A stretch of DNA of 64,000 nt from Candidatus Thorarchaeota archaeon (lineage in GTDB: Archaea > Asgardarchaeota > Thorarchaeia > Thorarchaeales > Thorarchaeaceae). The DNA is taken from positions 87,239 through 151,238 of the forward strand of contig JAGXKG010000002.1 in the NCBI GenBank assembly GCA_018335335.1, written 5' to 3'. Made by a program: the position numbers and the translations under genes. The notes under the pieces were generated by a model, which ran no database searches, had not been told where the DNA came from, and saw only the letters and a list, made by a program, of their open reading frames with translations. Below, in pieces: positions 38,998 to 49,247 of the stretch. Position 1 is the first letter of the stretch. Each line of letters opens with the position of its first letter.

Positions 38998-40077
38998 GTG
39001 GGGTTGGTTGGCGTAGGCAACATTGGCAATATTCACCTCATCAGCTTGGCAGCCCTGAAAGATTCGCACCTTCTTGACTTGGATATTACTGCCCTTTGCG
39101 ACATTGATGAAGAGGCGCTGGACAGAGCTGCTAATCTCTATGATGTACCAACAACGTATGGTAACTATGACGATATAGTCTTGGATGATGATGTGGATGT
39201 GATTTATGTCTGTACACCCACAAATCGTCATAGTGATATCGTGAAAACCGCTGCAGAACAAGAAAAGGACATATTTTGTGAGAAGCCATTAGCACATAGT
39301 GCCCCCCAGGCCCGACATTTGTTGGGTCACGTCAATGGGCATAATATCAGAAACGGTGTTGGTTTGGTTCTCCGATATGATCAGCTGTGTCTCTATGCGA
39401 AACAGCTTATCCAAGATGAGAGCCTCGGAAAGCCTATGTTGGCTCATATCCGTGATGATCAACACTTTCCTATTGATTACATCTACTACAGCAAGTGGAG
39501 AGGAGACAAATCAATAGCTGGAGGCGGGACACTGATTGAGCACAGTATCCATGATTTGGACCTGTTGCGATGGTTATTTGGCGACGTTCAAGATGTTTTT
39601 GGCCGAGTGAGCTTCTTTTCTGAACGCGAAGTCGAGGATCACGCCTCAGTAACTCTCACGCATACTAACGGTGCAGTAAGCACACTGGATTCCCTATGGC
39701 ATTGGATAGACCGTCCTAACGAGCGTTTCATAGAACTGTTCTTCCAAGAAGGTTACATTGCTATTGACCTTGGTTCTGACGAACGTTATCTGAAGTATCA
39801 TTTGAAGGACGAAAGACCAGCCAGAGTCTCTGTGGAGGATGCAAATAGCGTTCTCCTAGAAGAGTTGGGCCTAGAGGAAGAAGAACTGAACAAGGAACAA
39901 CTTCAAGCAATTACAGATGTTGGTCCTGAGAGATACTCCGCTCTCAGCTATGCATTTCTGAAATCGGTAACGGAAGGTGAAGACACAGCTCCTTCCTTCA
40001 TTGATGCCATCAAAGCACATCAGCTCGTTGATGCCGCCTACAAGTCAGCTGACAATGACCGGCTGATTACGCTTTAG
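38998..40077 (+). CDS. Gfo/Idh/MocA-family NAD(P)-dependent oxidoreductase
   Basis: Rossmann motif GLVGVGNIG and the EKP catalytic motif. GTG at 38998 is preferred over the TTG at 38944. Confidence 0.75.
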   Translation: MGLVGVGNIGNIHLISLAALKDSHLLDLDITALCDIDEEALDRAANLYDVPTTYGNYDDIVLDDDVDVIYVCTPTNRHSDIVKTAAEQEKDIFCEKPLAHSAPQARHLLGHVNGHNIRNGVGLVLRYDQLCLYAKQLIQDESLGKPMLAHIRDDQHFPIDYIYYSKWRGDKSIAGGGTLIEHSIHDLDLLRWLFGDVQDVFGRVSFFSEREVEDHASVTLTHTNGAVSTLDSLWHWIDRPNERFIELFFQEGYIAIDLGSDERYLKYHLKDERPARVSVEDANSVLLEELGLEEEELNKEQLQAITDVGPERYSALSYAFLKSVTEGEDTAPSFIDAIKAHQLVDAAYKSADNDRLITL

Positions 40078-40138
40078 TATGATGGCTCATTGGAAATATT
40101 TACTAACCTCAGCAATAAGCGGATGCTCGTGACCACCC

Positions 40139-41503
40139 ATGGATGAAATAACGATTGACGAAGTCAACCCATCAGAGTATGATGCTATTATCGCTGGTGG
40201 CGGGGCAGGTGGTCTCCTAACAGCCCTTTCATTGACATCGGAAGACATGAACGTACTTGTTATCGAGAAGCAACGTCACCTAGGTGGAGTTTGGCACGGA
40301 TATCATGTTGACGGTTATCGTGTGGACAATGGTCTTCATGTAATTACTCGTGTCAAGAGAGGCGCTTTTACAGAGTTTCTCAGAGAGCATCTTGATCCGC
40401 CGCCCGAGTTTGTATTGCATGACGGATGGTTTTTCCGGGTCCATGACAAGGTTGGAACAATACCAACCAGTGTTGGTGAAACCCTACGGTGGCCCTTGAC
40501 CCCCCTTCGCGGCCGTCTGACTCTGGCCAGAATAGGTGCAAAAATCAAGACAATGGGCCTTGAGGAAATGAAGGAATACAAGGATATCTCGTTCCAGGAA
40601 TTCATGGAGAAGCATAACGCTGACAATCAGGTGATACTGGATGTCATGGAGAGTGCAATCTACATGGCAGCAGGTGTTCCGGTTGAAGAAGCATCTGCAT
40701 ACGAAGCCCTTAGGACTTTGAAGGATACAGATAAAGAAACCTCGAAGCTGGAATCGTTGAAGAAGCTTCTTTTTGGTTCTGACGAATATGATGAAGGATA
40801 CGTTATCGGAGGAATGCTTGGCATCCGTCAGCGGGTTACAGATAATATCAGGGGCAACTATGTGCTTGATACCCCTGTAGAACGGATTCGCATTCAAGAT
40901 GGGAAGGTAAGAGGCATTGTTGCTGGGGGGAGGAACATCAAACACGAACGAATTGTGAGTAATATTCCCTTGTGGTCTATGCCTAACATAGTAGATACTG
41001 ACGATGAACACATACACAATTACTTCCAACGGTGGAGCGATTTCAGAGTAACCGAGGGGATGACTCTTTGGCTAGGTCTTGATGAAGTCGTCATCGGAGA
41101 CCGAAAATCCAGGGTCATAGTCCATCCACGACCAGCGACATGGATTGTGTCGATATCTAGTTTTGACCCCTCGTGTGCTCCCGAAGGGAAAGAGCTCCTT
41201 GGATTGGCAACTATTGTAATCGATGACTCCCCCGAGGAACTGGTTGAGCGGGTGAAAACAGACATTCTGGCTGAATATTTCCCGGATGTTCTGGACCACA
41301 TAGAGATGGAACATATGCAGTCTTCATATGCAACACGTGCGGCCCTTATTCCTGGACAGACGGATTTGGACCGACCTGGACCTAGAACGCCTGCAAAAGG
41401 ACTCTATATCGTAGGTACAGATACAGCTGGAAGTGGTGTTGGGCTCCAACAAGCTTCTCGTTCGGCTCAGGGCGTGAAAACAGCTCTACTCGACGACCTC
41501 TGA
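40139..41503 (+). CDS. FAD-dependent oxidoreductase (phytoene desaturase/amine oxidase superfamily)
   Basis: N-terminal dinucleotide-binding motif DAIIAGGGAGGL. Confidence 0.7.
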   Translation: MDEITIDEVNPSEYDAIIAGGGAGGLLTALSLTSEDMNVLVIEKQRHLGGVWHGYHVDGYRVDNGLHVITRVKRGAFTEFLREHLDPPPEFVLHDGWFFRVHDKVGTIPTSVGETLRWPLTPLRGRLTLARIGAKIKTMGLEEMKEYKDISFQEFMEKHNADNQVILDVMESAIYMAAGVPVEEASAYEALRTLKDTDKETSKLESLKKLLFGSDEYDEGYVIGGMLGIRQRVTDNIRGNYVLDTPVERIRIQDGKVRGIVAGGRNIKHERIVSNIPLWSMPNIVDTDDEHIHNYFQRWSDFRVTEGMTLWLGLDEVVIGDRKSRVIVHPRPATWIVSISSFDPSCAPEGKELLGLATIVIDDSPEELVERVKTDILAEYFPDVLDHIEMEHMQSSYATRAALIPGQTDLDRPGPRTPAKGLYIVGTDTAGSGVGLQQASRSAQGVKTALLDDL

Positions 41504-41573
41504 TGTGTGTCACAGCGAAAAGGTTTTACTATACCCTTGCTCCCCTCATCATGACTCCTTTGAGGATTCAAAA

Positions 41574-42125
41574 ATGATTCAAGTCAGGTGGCATGGTCGA
41601 GGTGGCCAAGGTGGCGTTACTTCTGCAGAACTTTTAGCCAAGGCGGCTTACAAAGATGGTTACAAAGGTGTGCAGGCTTTTCCACATTTCGGGGCTGAAC
41701 GTCGAGGTGCACCTGTAAGGGCCTTCACGCGGATTTCAGACGAACCGATTAACGTTCGAAGCCAAGTATACGAGCCTGATATAGTTACGGTGCTTGACCC
41801 GACGATAATCGATTTGGTAGAAGTAAGTGAAGGCTTGAAGAAAGACGGAAAAGTCATAGTCAACACTCAGAAAGAACCCGACGAACTCGGAATTAAACGT
41901 GGAAGAATTTACACTTTTGACGGAACAGGCATTGCTCTGAAATTGGGATTGTTGGTTTCTGGACTCCCTGTTGTTAACACTCCTGCACTTGGTGCATTCT
42001 CAAAAGCCACCGGGTTGATCAAACTTGAGACCATACAGGAAGTAATCAAGGAGAATTGGCCCGGCAAAGTAGGAAAGCGTAACGCCGAAGGAGCAGCACT
42101 AGCCTACGAAGATTGCAGTGAATAA
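41574..42125 (+). CDS. 2-oxoacid:ferredoxin oxidoreductase gamma-subunit-like protein
   Basis: GRGGQGG motif of POR/KOR gamma subunits. ATG at 41574 is preferred. Confidence 0.65.
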   Translation: MIQVRWHGRGGQGGVTSAELLAKAAYKDGYKGVQAFPHFGAERRGAPVRAFTRISDEPINVRSQVYEPDIVTVLDPTIIDLVEVSEGLKKDGKVIVNTQKEPDELGIKRGRIYTFDGTGIALKLGLLVSGLPVVNTPALGAFSKATGLIKLETIQEVIKENWPGKVGKRNAEGAALAYEDCSE

Positions 42126-42251
42126 TCTCAAATGTCACAATCTCACAGTATGGCTTAGTGGGGGCGCTAGGCTACTATCTCTAGCAACCCATGCTCAGGT
42201 GTATGCTTGAACTTGCTTTGCTCACGTGTGAAGCGATTTGCAATGAGCTGA

Positions 42252-43031
42252 TTAGGCGTAAATCCTATCGAAGCCTGGGTGTTCAACACCTGGCTGTTTT
42301 CTGCGCATACCTTCTACCTGTTCAGCCATTTCCCTCATTTTCTTCCGGATATTTTCAGCGCTCTCTTTTAGATCCGCTGTATCGATATCTATCTCATAAT
42401 GTCTGTTAAGGGTCTCTAGGAGCAAAGCCGCAGCTTCAGGATCTGGCACAACGGCGATAGCCGGTGTTAGAAATGCGAATCCAACCATTGGTCTGCAAAG
42501 CGTTTCTGATAAGATAGAGCCTGCAATGCCTGTTATGATACCCTTTTGGAGCATCGCGATGTTATCATCGGCTTCAAACTCTTGGAGCTTCTCTTCTTCA
42601 GTTGCATACAGTACTTTCCGTTTTGATGGAATCCCTTGCACGGGGATACCATCCAGTATTACGGTTTCTCTTACGCCGACACCAGCAGCCCAATCCAAGA
42701 TTGCGCTACTAACCTCATACATCCCTTCTTCGGCAATGGGGAGCTCCGTCGTTAATACAAGTAGATTCTCATTCTTGCTTGCGTATACTCTGAATGGATG
42801 TCTCAGTCTACCATCAAAAAATACGGCTGCTGATGGAAGGTGTCTGGAACGAAGATGGGCAACTTCTTTCATATCTAGTTGTTCCATTATGGTGTTTGCA
42901 GCTATAGTCCCAACGACTCCTGCTGATGGAAAACCACATACCAGCAGTGGTTCCTCCATATCGAGTTCTTCAGTCTGTACCATTTTTGCACTGGGTGCAC
43001 CTAGGGCCTTGGCTTCACATTCCTCACTCAT
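42252..43031 (-). CDS. PAC2-family proteasome assembly chaperone
   Basis: LVCGFPSAGVVGTIAANTI matches the PAC2/PbaA-B GFP-G-VG motif. Confidence 0.65.
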   Translation of the reverse strand: MSEECEAKALGAPSAKMVQTEELDMEEPLLVCGFPSAGVVGTIAANTIMEQLDMKEVAHLRSRHLPSAAVFFDGRLRHPFRVYASKNENLLVLTTELPIAEEGMYEVSSAILDWAAGVGVRETVILDGIPVQGIPSKRKVLYATEEEKLQEFEADDNIAMLQKGIITGIAGSILSETLCRPMVGFAFLTPAIAVVPDPEAAALLLETLNRHYEIDIDTADLKESAENIRKKMREMAEQVEGMRRKQPGVEHPGFDRIYA

Positions 43032-43117
43032 CTTCGCGAACCTCTTTGAACATATGTATGCTCAGCAATATTAACGTTGAGTCTGTGCCAAGCAAGCGAT
43101 GAACGAAGGCTAGCATT

Positions 43118-44425
43118 CTAGGCTTCTCTATAATGTCGCCATTCGAAATCGGTCACACTGCGGTTCACGTAATCCAACCACTCATTCCTCTTCAGGGTAA
43201 TGAACTCTTCTGCAATTTCATCACCAATAGCCTGCGTAATAGCTTCATCCTCTTCTAGGTGATCAAGTGCAGATCCCAGCGTCGAAGGTAGAGAACCGAT
43301 ACCAATCTTTTCCCGCTCTGCGTCAGACATTCTGAATACATCTCTTGATACGGGTGTGGGTGCTTCCAGTTCCTTTTCTATACCGTCCATACCAGCTGCA
43401 ATAAGCGCTGAGAATAGGAGATACGGATTTGTCGAGGGGTCTGGAGATCTAAATTCTATGGCAGCATCATTCTTGTCCTTGAATAGTGGAATTCTGATTA
43501 ATGCTGTACGATTTCTGTCACCCCATGAGATATACACTGGTGCTTCCTGATGTGGTACAAGTCGCTTATACGAATTTACAGTTGGATTTGCAATTGCAGT
43601 GATCGCTGGGGCATGTTCAAGTAGACCCGCGATGAACATCTTGGCTGTTTCTGAAAGACTACCTGAATCATCCGAACCAAAAAGATTGTCTCCACCTTCC
43701 CACAGCTGAAGGTGACAATGTAATCCGTTTCCTGCTTCCCCTTCAAATGGTTTTGGCATGAAAGTCACATCTATTCCTTGTTCAAGTGCCACAGCCCTAG
43801 TGAGATTCTTGAAGAGAAGCAGTGTATCCGCCATATGTCTCGCATCGCTGTAGCTGATTTCGATCTCTTGTTGACCTGAACCAACTTCGTGATGAATGAC
43901 GCGTAAGTCCATGCCTACGAATCTTAGCGCATTGGAAAGACTGAGAAGATACGATTGAGTTGGGCTTTTTGGATAGATATCGGCATATTGTCCTTCATCG
44001 AAAGGTTGTCCTTCTGGTGTCAATGCGTAGAACTCAGGTTCCGTCTTGACCATGAGCTGCATATTGTCCTTCAATTGTTCTTCACAAACTTGATGAAGCC
44101 GACCGCGGGTATCTTTAGGGTAGTATTCGGTTTCTCTGTCCTGAACCATTTTTTCCCTGACAAAACACATTACTGCTGCAGTACGAGCATCGGAATAGGG
44201 TAGCTCCACAGCTGTAGCAGGCTCTGGCTGCAGACGTATATCAGAGGATTCTACCCTTGAAAGTCCTGCAATGGAACTACCATCCACGCTAGTGCCCTTC
44301 TGCATTATTGGATCGTTCAGGAGTTCTTCAACAGATTTTGCTGGTTCACAAGGTACAGTCATACCCTTGAGCTGTCCATAGATATCAGCTAAGCGGAACT
44401 CTACGTATTCAATCCTATCCTGCAA
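43118..44425 (-). CDS. glnA: Glutamine synthetase (type I-like)
   Basis: N-terminal beta-grasp, catalytic domain with conserved Glu/His ligands; approximately 435 aa. Confidence 0.75.
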   Translation of the reverse strand: MQDRIEYVEFRLADIYGQLKGMTVPCEPAKSVEELLNDPIMQKGTSVDGSSIAGLSRVESSDIRLQPEPATAVELPYSDARTAAVMCFVREKMVQDRETEYYPKDTRGRLHQVCEEQLKDNMQLMVKTEPEFYALTPEGQPFDEGQYADIYPKSPTQSYLLSLSNALRFVGMDLRVIHHEVGSGQQEIEISYSDARHMADTLLLFKNLTRAVALEQGIDVTFMPKPFEGEAGNGLHCHLQLWEGGDNLFGSDDSGSLSETAKMFIAGLLEHAPAITAIANPTVNSYKRLVPHQEAPVYISWGDRNRTALIRIPLFKDKNDAAIEFRSPDPSTNPYLLFSALIAAGMDGIEKELEAPTPVSRDVFRMSDAEREKIGIGSLPSTLGSALDHLEEDEAITQAIGDEIAEEFITLKRNEWLDYVNRSVTDFEWRHYREA

Positions 44426-44483
44426 AGTAGTACGCTCCCAGTTGTGTGTTTTGTCGGACTAATGGTTGATATAAAACTGTCTT

Positions 44484-44792
44484 TTACCAAATCTCTTCAT
44501 ACCATTTCTCAGCTTCGTTACCCAATTCCAGGCGAACTGCTCCACTGACAACGCTTGGTTTATCATCTTCCGTAACTTCGAAGTTCATACCGCTGATTCT
44601 AAGCGCGTCCTTCTCAAGATGTGCGTTGTTTATGTTTCTGGCATGCAGTCTTACCCTTCGTTTGTCGCCTTCCAAAACGAGCATCAAATCATCGTACGAG
44701 GCATCGCATTTCATTTTGAAGCTGGAATCGCTGAAGTCTCCTTGATGTGTGACAAGATTCTCCAACTTGACCTTGATATTGGAAGCTTTCAT
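44484..44792 (-). CDS. Hypothetical protein
   Basis: ORF only. Confidence 0.3.
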   Translation of the reverse strand: MKASNIKVKLENLVTHQGDFSDSSFKMKCDASYDDLMLVLEGDKRRVRLHARNINNAHLEKDALRISGMNFEVTEDDKPSVVSGAVRLELGNEAEKWYEEIW

Positions 44793-44899
44793 TCAAAACC
44801 CCTTATACTGTTTCATTGCTAGACGACCTTATGAATTTCGCCTTCAGTGCTGTAACTCGTCCGCTCATAAGAAAGATTAGGGACCTATCATGAATAAAT

Positions 44900-45724
44900 A
44901 TGAATGCAATGATTGAAGGTCTTCATATCGGAACAAGTGGTTGGTCTTACAAAGATGACTGGAAGGGTATATTCTACCATTCAGGCTCTGCGCTACTGAG
45001 GCAGTATCTCTCCTATTTTGATACCGCAGAGATTAACTCTACGTTCTATGCTCTTCCGAAGCCTTCCTTCATTCGATATCTTGCAGACGCAATCCCGGAA
45101 AACAAATTCTTCACTGCTAAACTGCCTAGGGATGTAACACACGACCATCGGTTGCGATTGGAGGGGGCGGCTGGTGAGGTTTTGCAACGTTTCTTCAAAT
45201 TAATGGAACCATTGAACAATAAGTTACAGGCACTTCTCATTCAGCTGCCCCCGTGGAAGAAGTCCTCGATGGGTAATTTGGAAACTTTTTTGACTGCACT
45301 GGATGAATCCTTTCGATACGCCATAGAATTCCGCCACAGAAGTTGGTTAGAAAAGAAGATTTGGTCCTTGTTGGAAGACTACAATATCGCGAATGTTGTG
45401 GTAGATGAGCCAAAACTGCCAATCGACCTTCGTGTTAGCACAGATTTTACGTATGTCCGATGGCATGGCCACGGTCAGAATCCGTGGTACGATTATCTCT
45501 ATTCGGTCGAAGAACTGAAAGATTGGGTTCCAAGACTTCACGAGCTTCAAGAAAAAACTGATTCCGTCTTGGGATATTTCAACAACCATTTTGCGGGAAA
45601 TGCTCCTCTCAATGCTTTTCAGATGATGAAACTTTTGGGAGAAATCAACAAACGTCAAGAAATGAAATTGGAACGAATGCTCCAACATACTTCTTTAGAA
45701 CAAACCTCTATTGACGATTTTTAG
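44900..45724 (+). CDS. DUF72 (YecE-like) family protein
   Basis: GTSGWSYKDW N-terminal motif and the conserved TAEINSTFY region. Confidence 0.75.
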   Translation: MNAMIEGLHIGTSGWSYKDDWKGIFYHSGSALLRQYLSYFDTAEINSTFYALPKPSFIRYLADAIPENKFFTAKLPRDVTHDHRLRLEGAAGEVLQRFFKLMEPLNNKLQALLIQLPPWKKSSMGNLETFLTALDESFRYAIEFRHRSWLEKKIWSLLEDYNIANVVVDEPKLPIDLRVSTDFTYVRWHGHGQNPWYDYLYSVEELKDWVPRLHELQEKTDSVLGYFNNHFAGNAPLNAFQMMKLLGEINKRQEMKLERMLQHTSLEQTSIDDF

Positions 45725-45797
45725 GCTTGTTTTCAGTGTAATGAAACATATAATAGGCACAGTTATCTGTACCATGACAAATTAGGAGATTTCGATA

Positions 45798-46004
45798 ATG
45801 AGTTTTGAAGATAGCGCCAGACCAGTTGTGAAATCCCCTGGCTCTGAGAATCTGAGAACAGGTCGAGGGTTCAGCCGAAAGGAGATTTCCAAAGCAGGGC
45901 TTACGGTATATGAAGCTCGCTCCGCAGGTCTCGTTGTTGATTTACGACGACGAACTGAATACTCTGAGAATGTGGAAACGATAAAACAATACACAGAAGG
46001 ATAG
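45798..46004 (+). CDS. Ribosomal protein eL13-like (68 aa)
   Basis: TGRGFSRKEISKAGL...LVVDLRRR matches the eL13 core (compare RAGRGFSLEELKAAGI...IAVDHRRRN). Confidence 0.5.
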   Translation: MSFEDSARPVVKSPGSENLRTGRGFSRKEISKAGLTVYEARSAGLVVDLRRRTEYSENVETIKQYTEG

Positions 46005-46045
46005 AATTAAGGCCTTTCAAACCGCTGTCAATCTACGTTTCGGGG

Positions 46046-47146
46046 GTGACAAGGCTGGAAGTTGATGAGTTACTGCGAATTTTATCTGATTCCTTCGATT
46101 TTGGTCGCCCAGTTGTATTGCCCGATTTTTTTGTGGATCACTTTGTAGTCTATCCTTCATATAGTGAATTCATAGAAGGCTTGAATCGCTTGGCAGCTCA
46201 AGGTGGAGGGAATCTCATGGAGACCGAGCAGTTCATCCGCCGGGGAGGGAATGCGGTCAATACTGCTTCTGCGTTATTGGCACTTGGTGTTTCGCCCCAT
46301 CTTATTGTAAAAACGAGTAGATGGGGAAAGGTGCTTATGAAAACTCTTGTTCATCCAGACCTTGAATTGGGCCACGTTCACACAGGCGGCAGGCTTTCAC
46401 ACACGGTATCAATTGAAACAACCCATAACCAACGAAATGTCAATCTAATGGTGAGCGATAGTGGGGCTGCAGCTGATTTTCGATTTAGTGACCTGACGAG
46501 TGAGGACCTTGAGTGTATCTTTACAAGCCCGCTTGTGGCGCTTGTTTGTCTAAACCACAATCGTAGGGCACCTGATTTGGCTGAAGAACTCTATAGTGCT
46601 ATTAGAGAACACTCCGATGCGCTGACTTTCATGGATATGGGTGATCCTTCTAGTAATCCATCCATTGTTGAACCGCTTGTCGAACGCGTGCTACTGAAGG
46701 GACTCGTAGATGTTCTGAGTGCAAATGAGAATGAAATCTGCTATTTTGCTGACAATCTACCCTCAAGTGATCTTGATTGGATGAATGCTAAGAACGATCA
46801 GAGCAAGTGGTTGAAGGCCGCCAGATTGGTCGCTTCTGAGTGTGGAGTTCGAGTTGATTTACATACTCCTTATTACAGCGCCTCTGTCACCCCCAGTTCG
46901 GAGATTAGCGTTCCTGCTTTTGAAGTGAAAAGCCAAGTCTCTTGTGGGGCCGGAGATGCTTGGAATGCTGGATCAATTGTTGGAACCCTCTTAGGTCTTG
47001 ATCCGAAGCGGCGCTTGCTGTTGGCAAATTCGGTCGCAGCTCTTTATGTGAAATCACCAACTACTGAACATCCTTTGCTTTCTGACGTTATCTCTTTCCT
47101 TCAGAATCCCCCACCTATGCAAGAACCAATCAGAAAAGCTACTTAA
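46046..47146 (+). CDS. PfkB/ribokinase-family carbohydrate kinase
   Basis: C-terminal GAGDAWNAG motif and an NXXE-like region. Confidence 0.55.
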   Translation: MTRLEVDELLRILSDSFDFGRPVVLPDFFVDHFVVYPSYSEFIEGLNRLAAQGGGNLMETEQFIRRGGNAVNTASALLALGVSPHLIVKTSRWGKVLMKTLVHPDLELGHVHTGGRLSHTVSIETTHNQRNVNLMVSDSGAAADFRFSDLTSEDLECIFTSPLVALVCLNHNRRAPDLAEELYSAIREHSDALTFMDMGDPSSNPSIVEPLVERVLLKGLVDVLSANENEICYFADNLPSSDLDWMNAKNDQSKWLKAARLVASECGVRVDLHTPYYSASVTPSSEISVPAFEVKSQVSCGAGDAWNAGSIVGTLLGLDPKRRLLLANSVAALYVKSPTTEHPLLSDVISFLQNPPPMQEPIRKAT

Positions 47147-47206
47147 ACAAAGAACCGCAATATACCTTACCAGTAGTCTATTCTTACGGATGGAAGTGAA
47201 ACGCCT

Positions 47207-48088
47207 TTGGATTTGGATCACGTCTTTGGAAAGCTGCGGTTCGATGAATCGGTCAGTGCATATTCTCTTTTTACCAATGATGGTGAGCCATTCCTATCCT
47301 TCTCGATGCCCGAGACCATAGTACTGCAGCTCAAGGGAACTATGAAGGCCCATTCATCATCATTAACGCTCGTGAATGTTCTTACAAGTGCTGGTACGGT
47401 TGTCCTTTCGAGGGTTGACCCACATTGGGTACTGGCTGTTCTCTTTGAACCTAAGACTCCCCTTGGCGCATCGCTTCAAAGCACAAGGGATGTAGTTGAG
47501 GACCTACAGAAAACCGACCTTCCGGAACCTCCCAAATCCTCTGTAGATTCTACTCATGAAACGTCCAAGGCTGATGTTGAGGTATCCGAAGCTGAGGAAC
47601 CTCGGGATATTGTGGTTCGCCATGGTTGCATTGTTCGCAAAGATGAACAATATAGCCAAGCTATGATGAGTGATTCTGAACTCCGAATAGCAATGACGGA
47701 CCGTTTCGGCAATTTAGCATTGGACGTTCTCCTCATGGTAGATGAGAAAAGGACCATATTTCAGATAGCTGAATTGCTTGACAAACAAGTTGACAGGATT
47801 ATTCCTTTAGTTGAATGGCTTGTGTCAAAACGAGTAGTCAGGGTACAGTGCCCATCAGAACAGGAGACGGGAACTCGTGAAATCGTAGAATGTCCTGTTT
47901 TCAGTGGCGATTCCGGAAAAACGAATCGGGAACATCGAGAGGTTCTTGAGCTTTGTGATGGTACTCGTACAGTTCAAGAAATCGCTGAAGAATTGAACCT
48001 GCAGTACTTTCAGGCCTTGCAGGCTATCGTTCCTTATCGTGGCAAGAGCGTGAAGTTCGTCCGCACGAATAGAATACAACAGAGATGA
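47207..48088 (+). CDS. Roadblock/LC7-domain protein with a C-terminal tandem wHTH-like region (module 1)
   Basis: N-terminal approximately 105 aa follow the Roadblock pattern. An acidic/Pro linker is followed by a C-terminal region containing LELCDGTRTVQEIAEE. Paralog of 51775-52776. Confidence 0.6.
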   Translation: MDLDHVFGKLRFDESVSAYSLFTNDGEPFLSFSMPETIVLQLKGTMKAHSSSLTLVNVLTSAGTVVLSRVDPHWVLAVLFEPKTPLGASLQSTRDVVEDLQKTDLPEPPKSSVDSTHETSKADVEVSEAEEPRDIVVRHGCIVRKDEQYSQAMMSDSELRIAMTDRFGNLALDVLLMVDEKRTIFQIAELLDKQVDRIIPLVEWLVSKRVVRVQCPSEQETGTREIVECPVFSGDSGKTNREHREVLELCDGTRTVQEIAEELNLQYFQALQAIVPYRGKSVKFVRTNRIQQR

Positions 48089-48609
48089 ATGAGGTTGATA
48101 TTATGGGGTTGAAAGGAAGACTGGCTTGGGCCTTGAAAATCGATAAAGTTGCTAAACCACTGTTTCAATCAGTGTATAGGGAATTGCTGAATTATCTGAT
48201 TCAACATGCTGCAAGCGTGGAAGTAATCAATCACCAACTGAAAGAAATTGGTTTCCGAGTTGGCGAACATTTGCTGATGGATTACGCGGAAAAAATACGT
48301 GAACATGCAGGAGAGTTTCATGAATTCGCGTCAACACTTGATTTAGCGTACAAGGTAAATTCAGGCCAGGATTTTTCTGATATTTGGATTAGCGATGATA
48401 AGCAAATAATCAAGTTCACAGACAACAACTGTCCAATCTGTCAAGATGTTGAAATAACCGACATGCCTGGGCTGCAGTATTGTAACCTCGTGAGTGGCGT
48501 GTTTCAGGCAGTACTTGATTTACGGGGTTTCAAGGGGGATTCATACCAAGAGTCTTGTCAGGCTGTAGGTGATGAAACATGCACTTGGACAATCAAAGCT
48601 ATTGAATAG
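48085..48609 (+). CDS. V4R-domain (Bet3/TRAPP-fold) protein (module 1)
   Basis: The C-terminal region NNCPICQDVEITDMPGLQYCNLVSGVFQAVLDL...DETCTWTI shows the 4-vinyl-reductase Cys pattern. Start overlaps the stop of 47207-48088. Confidence 0.7.
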   Translation: MNEVDIMGLKGRLAWALKIDKVAKPLFQSVYRELLNYLIQHAASVEVINHQLKEIGFRVGEHLLMDYAEKIREHAGEFHEFASTLDLAYKVNSGQDFSDIWISDDKQIIKFTDNNCPICQDVEITDMPGLQYCNLVSGVFQAVLDLRGFKGDSYQESCQAVGDETCTWTIKAIE

Positions 48610-48728
48610 ACGATGCTGTTCCCAACGCGTGATTTCGTAATTCTTGCATTTTCCAATTAAGGCCGTATAGAATAAGCCTAAATGTGTAGGTGTTGGAAGA
48701 ATCTCTGTAAGCGCGGAGGACCTCAATT

Positions 48729-49247
48729 TTGGGACAGAAACTTGGCATACTCATTGGTCTTGTAACAGCTTATGCAATTGTGTTTGCTATCCTTGCTTTC
48801 GGCACCTTCATACCCGAAGATGTAATCGATTCAGTAGTAGTCACAGATTTCTTGACGCGAAATGACCTTGAACTAAAGATTGCCATCACAAGCACCGTTC
48901 TTTATCCAAGCGCTCTAGGCTCAACCAGCTTAGGTTCCTATCTTGGTTTCGGATCTCAAGGGGCTAGTGTACTCATGTTTCTGGCATGGGGTACTGCCGG
49001 ATTGGTGGCTGGTCTTGTAGCACGTGGGATTCCAGATGGGGTTATGGCGTCAATTTTCGCGGTTGTTGTCGGAGCTGTTCTGAATTGGTTGCTTGTTTTC
49101 TTTATATCTCCGGGTGTTGATTTTACCGCTATCTTTGGAACAGCTTCTCTAATCATCCTTCAGATTCTCTTAGAAGCAACAATCTACCCAATAATTGGAG
49201 CAACTATTGGCGGTGTCTTGGGAGGAGCAATCACTCGAAAACGTTAG
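48729..49247 (+). CDS. Gly-rich polytopic membrane protein
   Basis: Four or five TM helices. Confidence 0.45.
   Translation: MGQKLGILIGLVTAYAIVFAILAFGTFIPEDVIDSVVVTDFLTRNDLELKIAITSTVLYPSALGSTSLGSYLGFGSQGASVLMFLAWGTAGLVAGLVARGIPDGVMASIFAVVVGAVLNWLLVFFISPGVDFTAIFGTASLIILQILLEATIYPIIGATIGGVLGGAITRKR

Noticed and set aside
44484-44792. Possible PH-like small protein
   Set aside because: Too little sequence signal to support a fold assignment; kept only as a hypothetical ORF.
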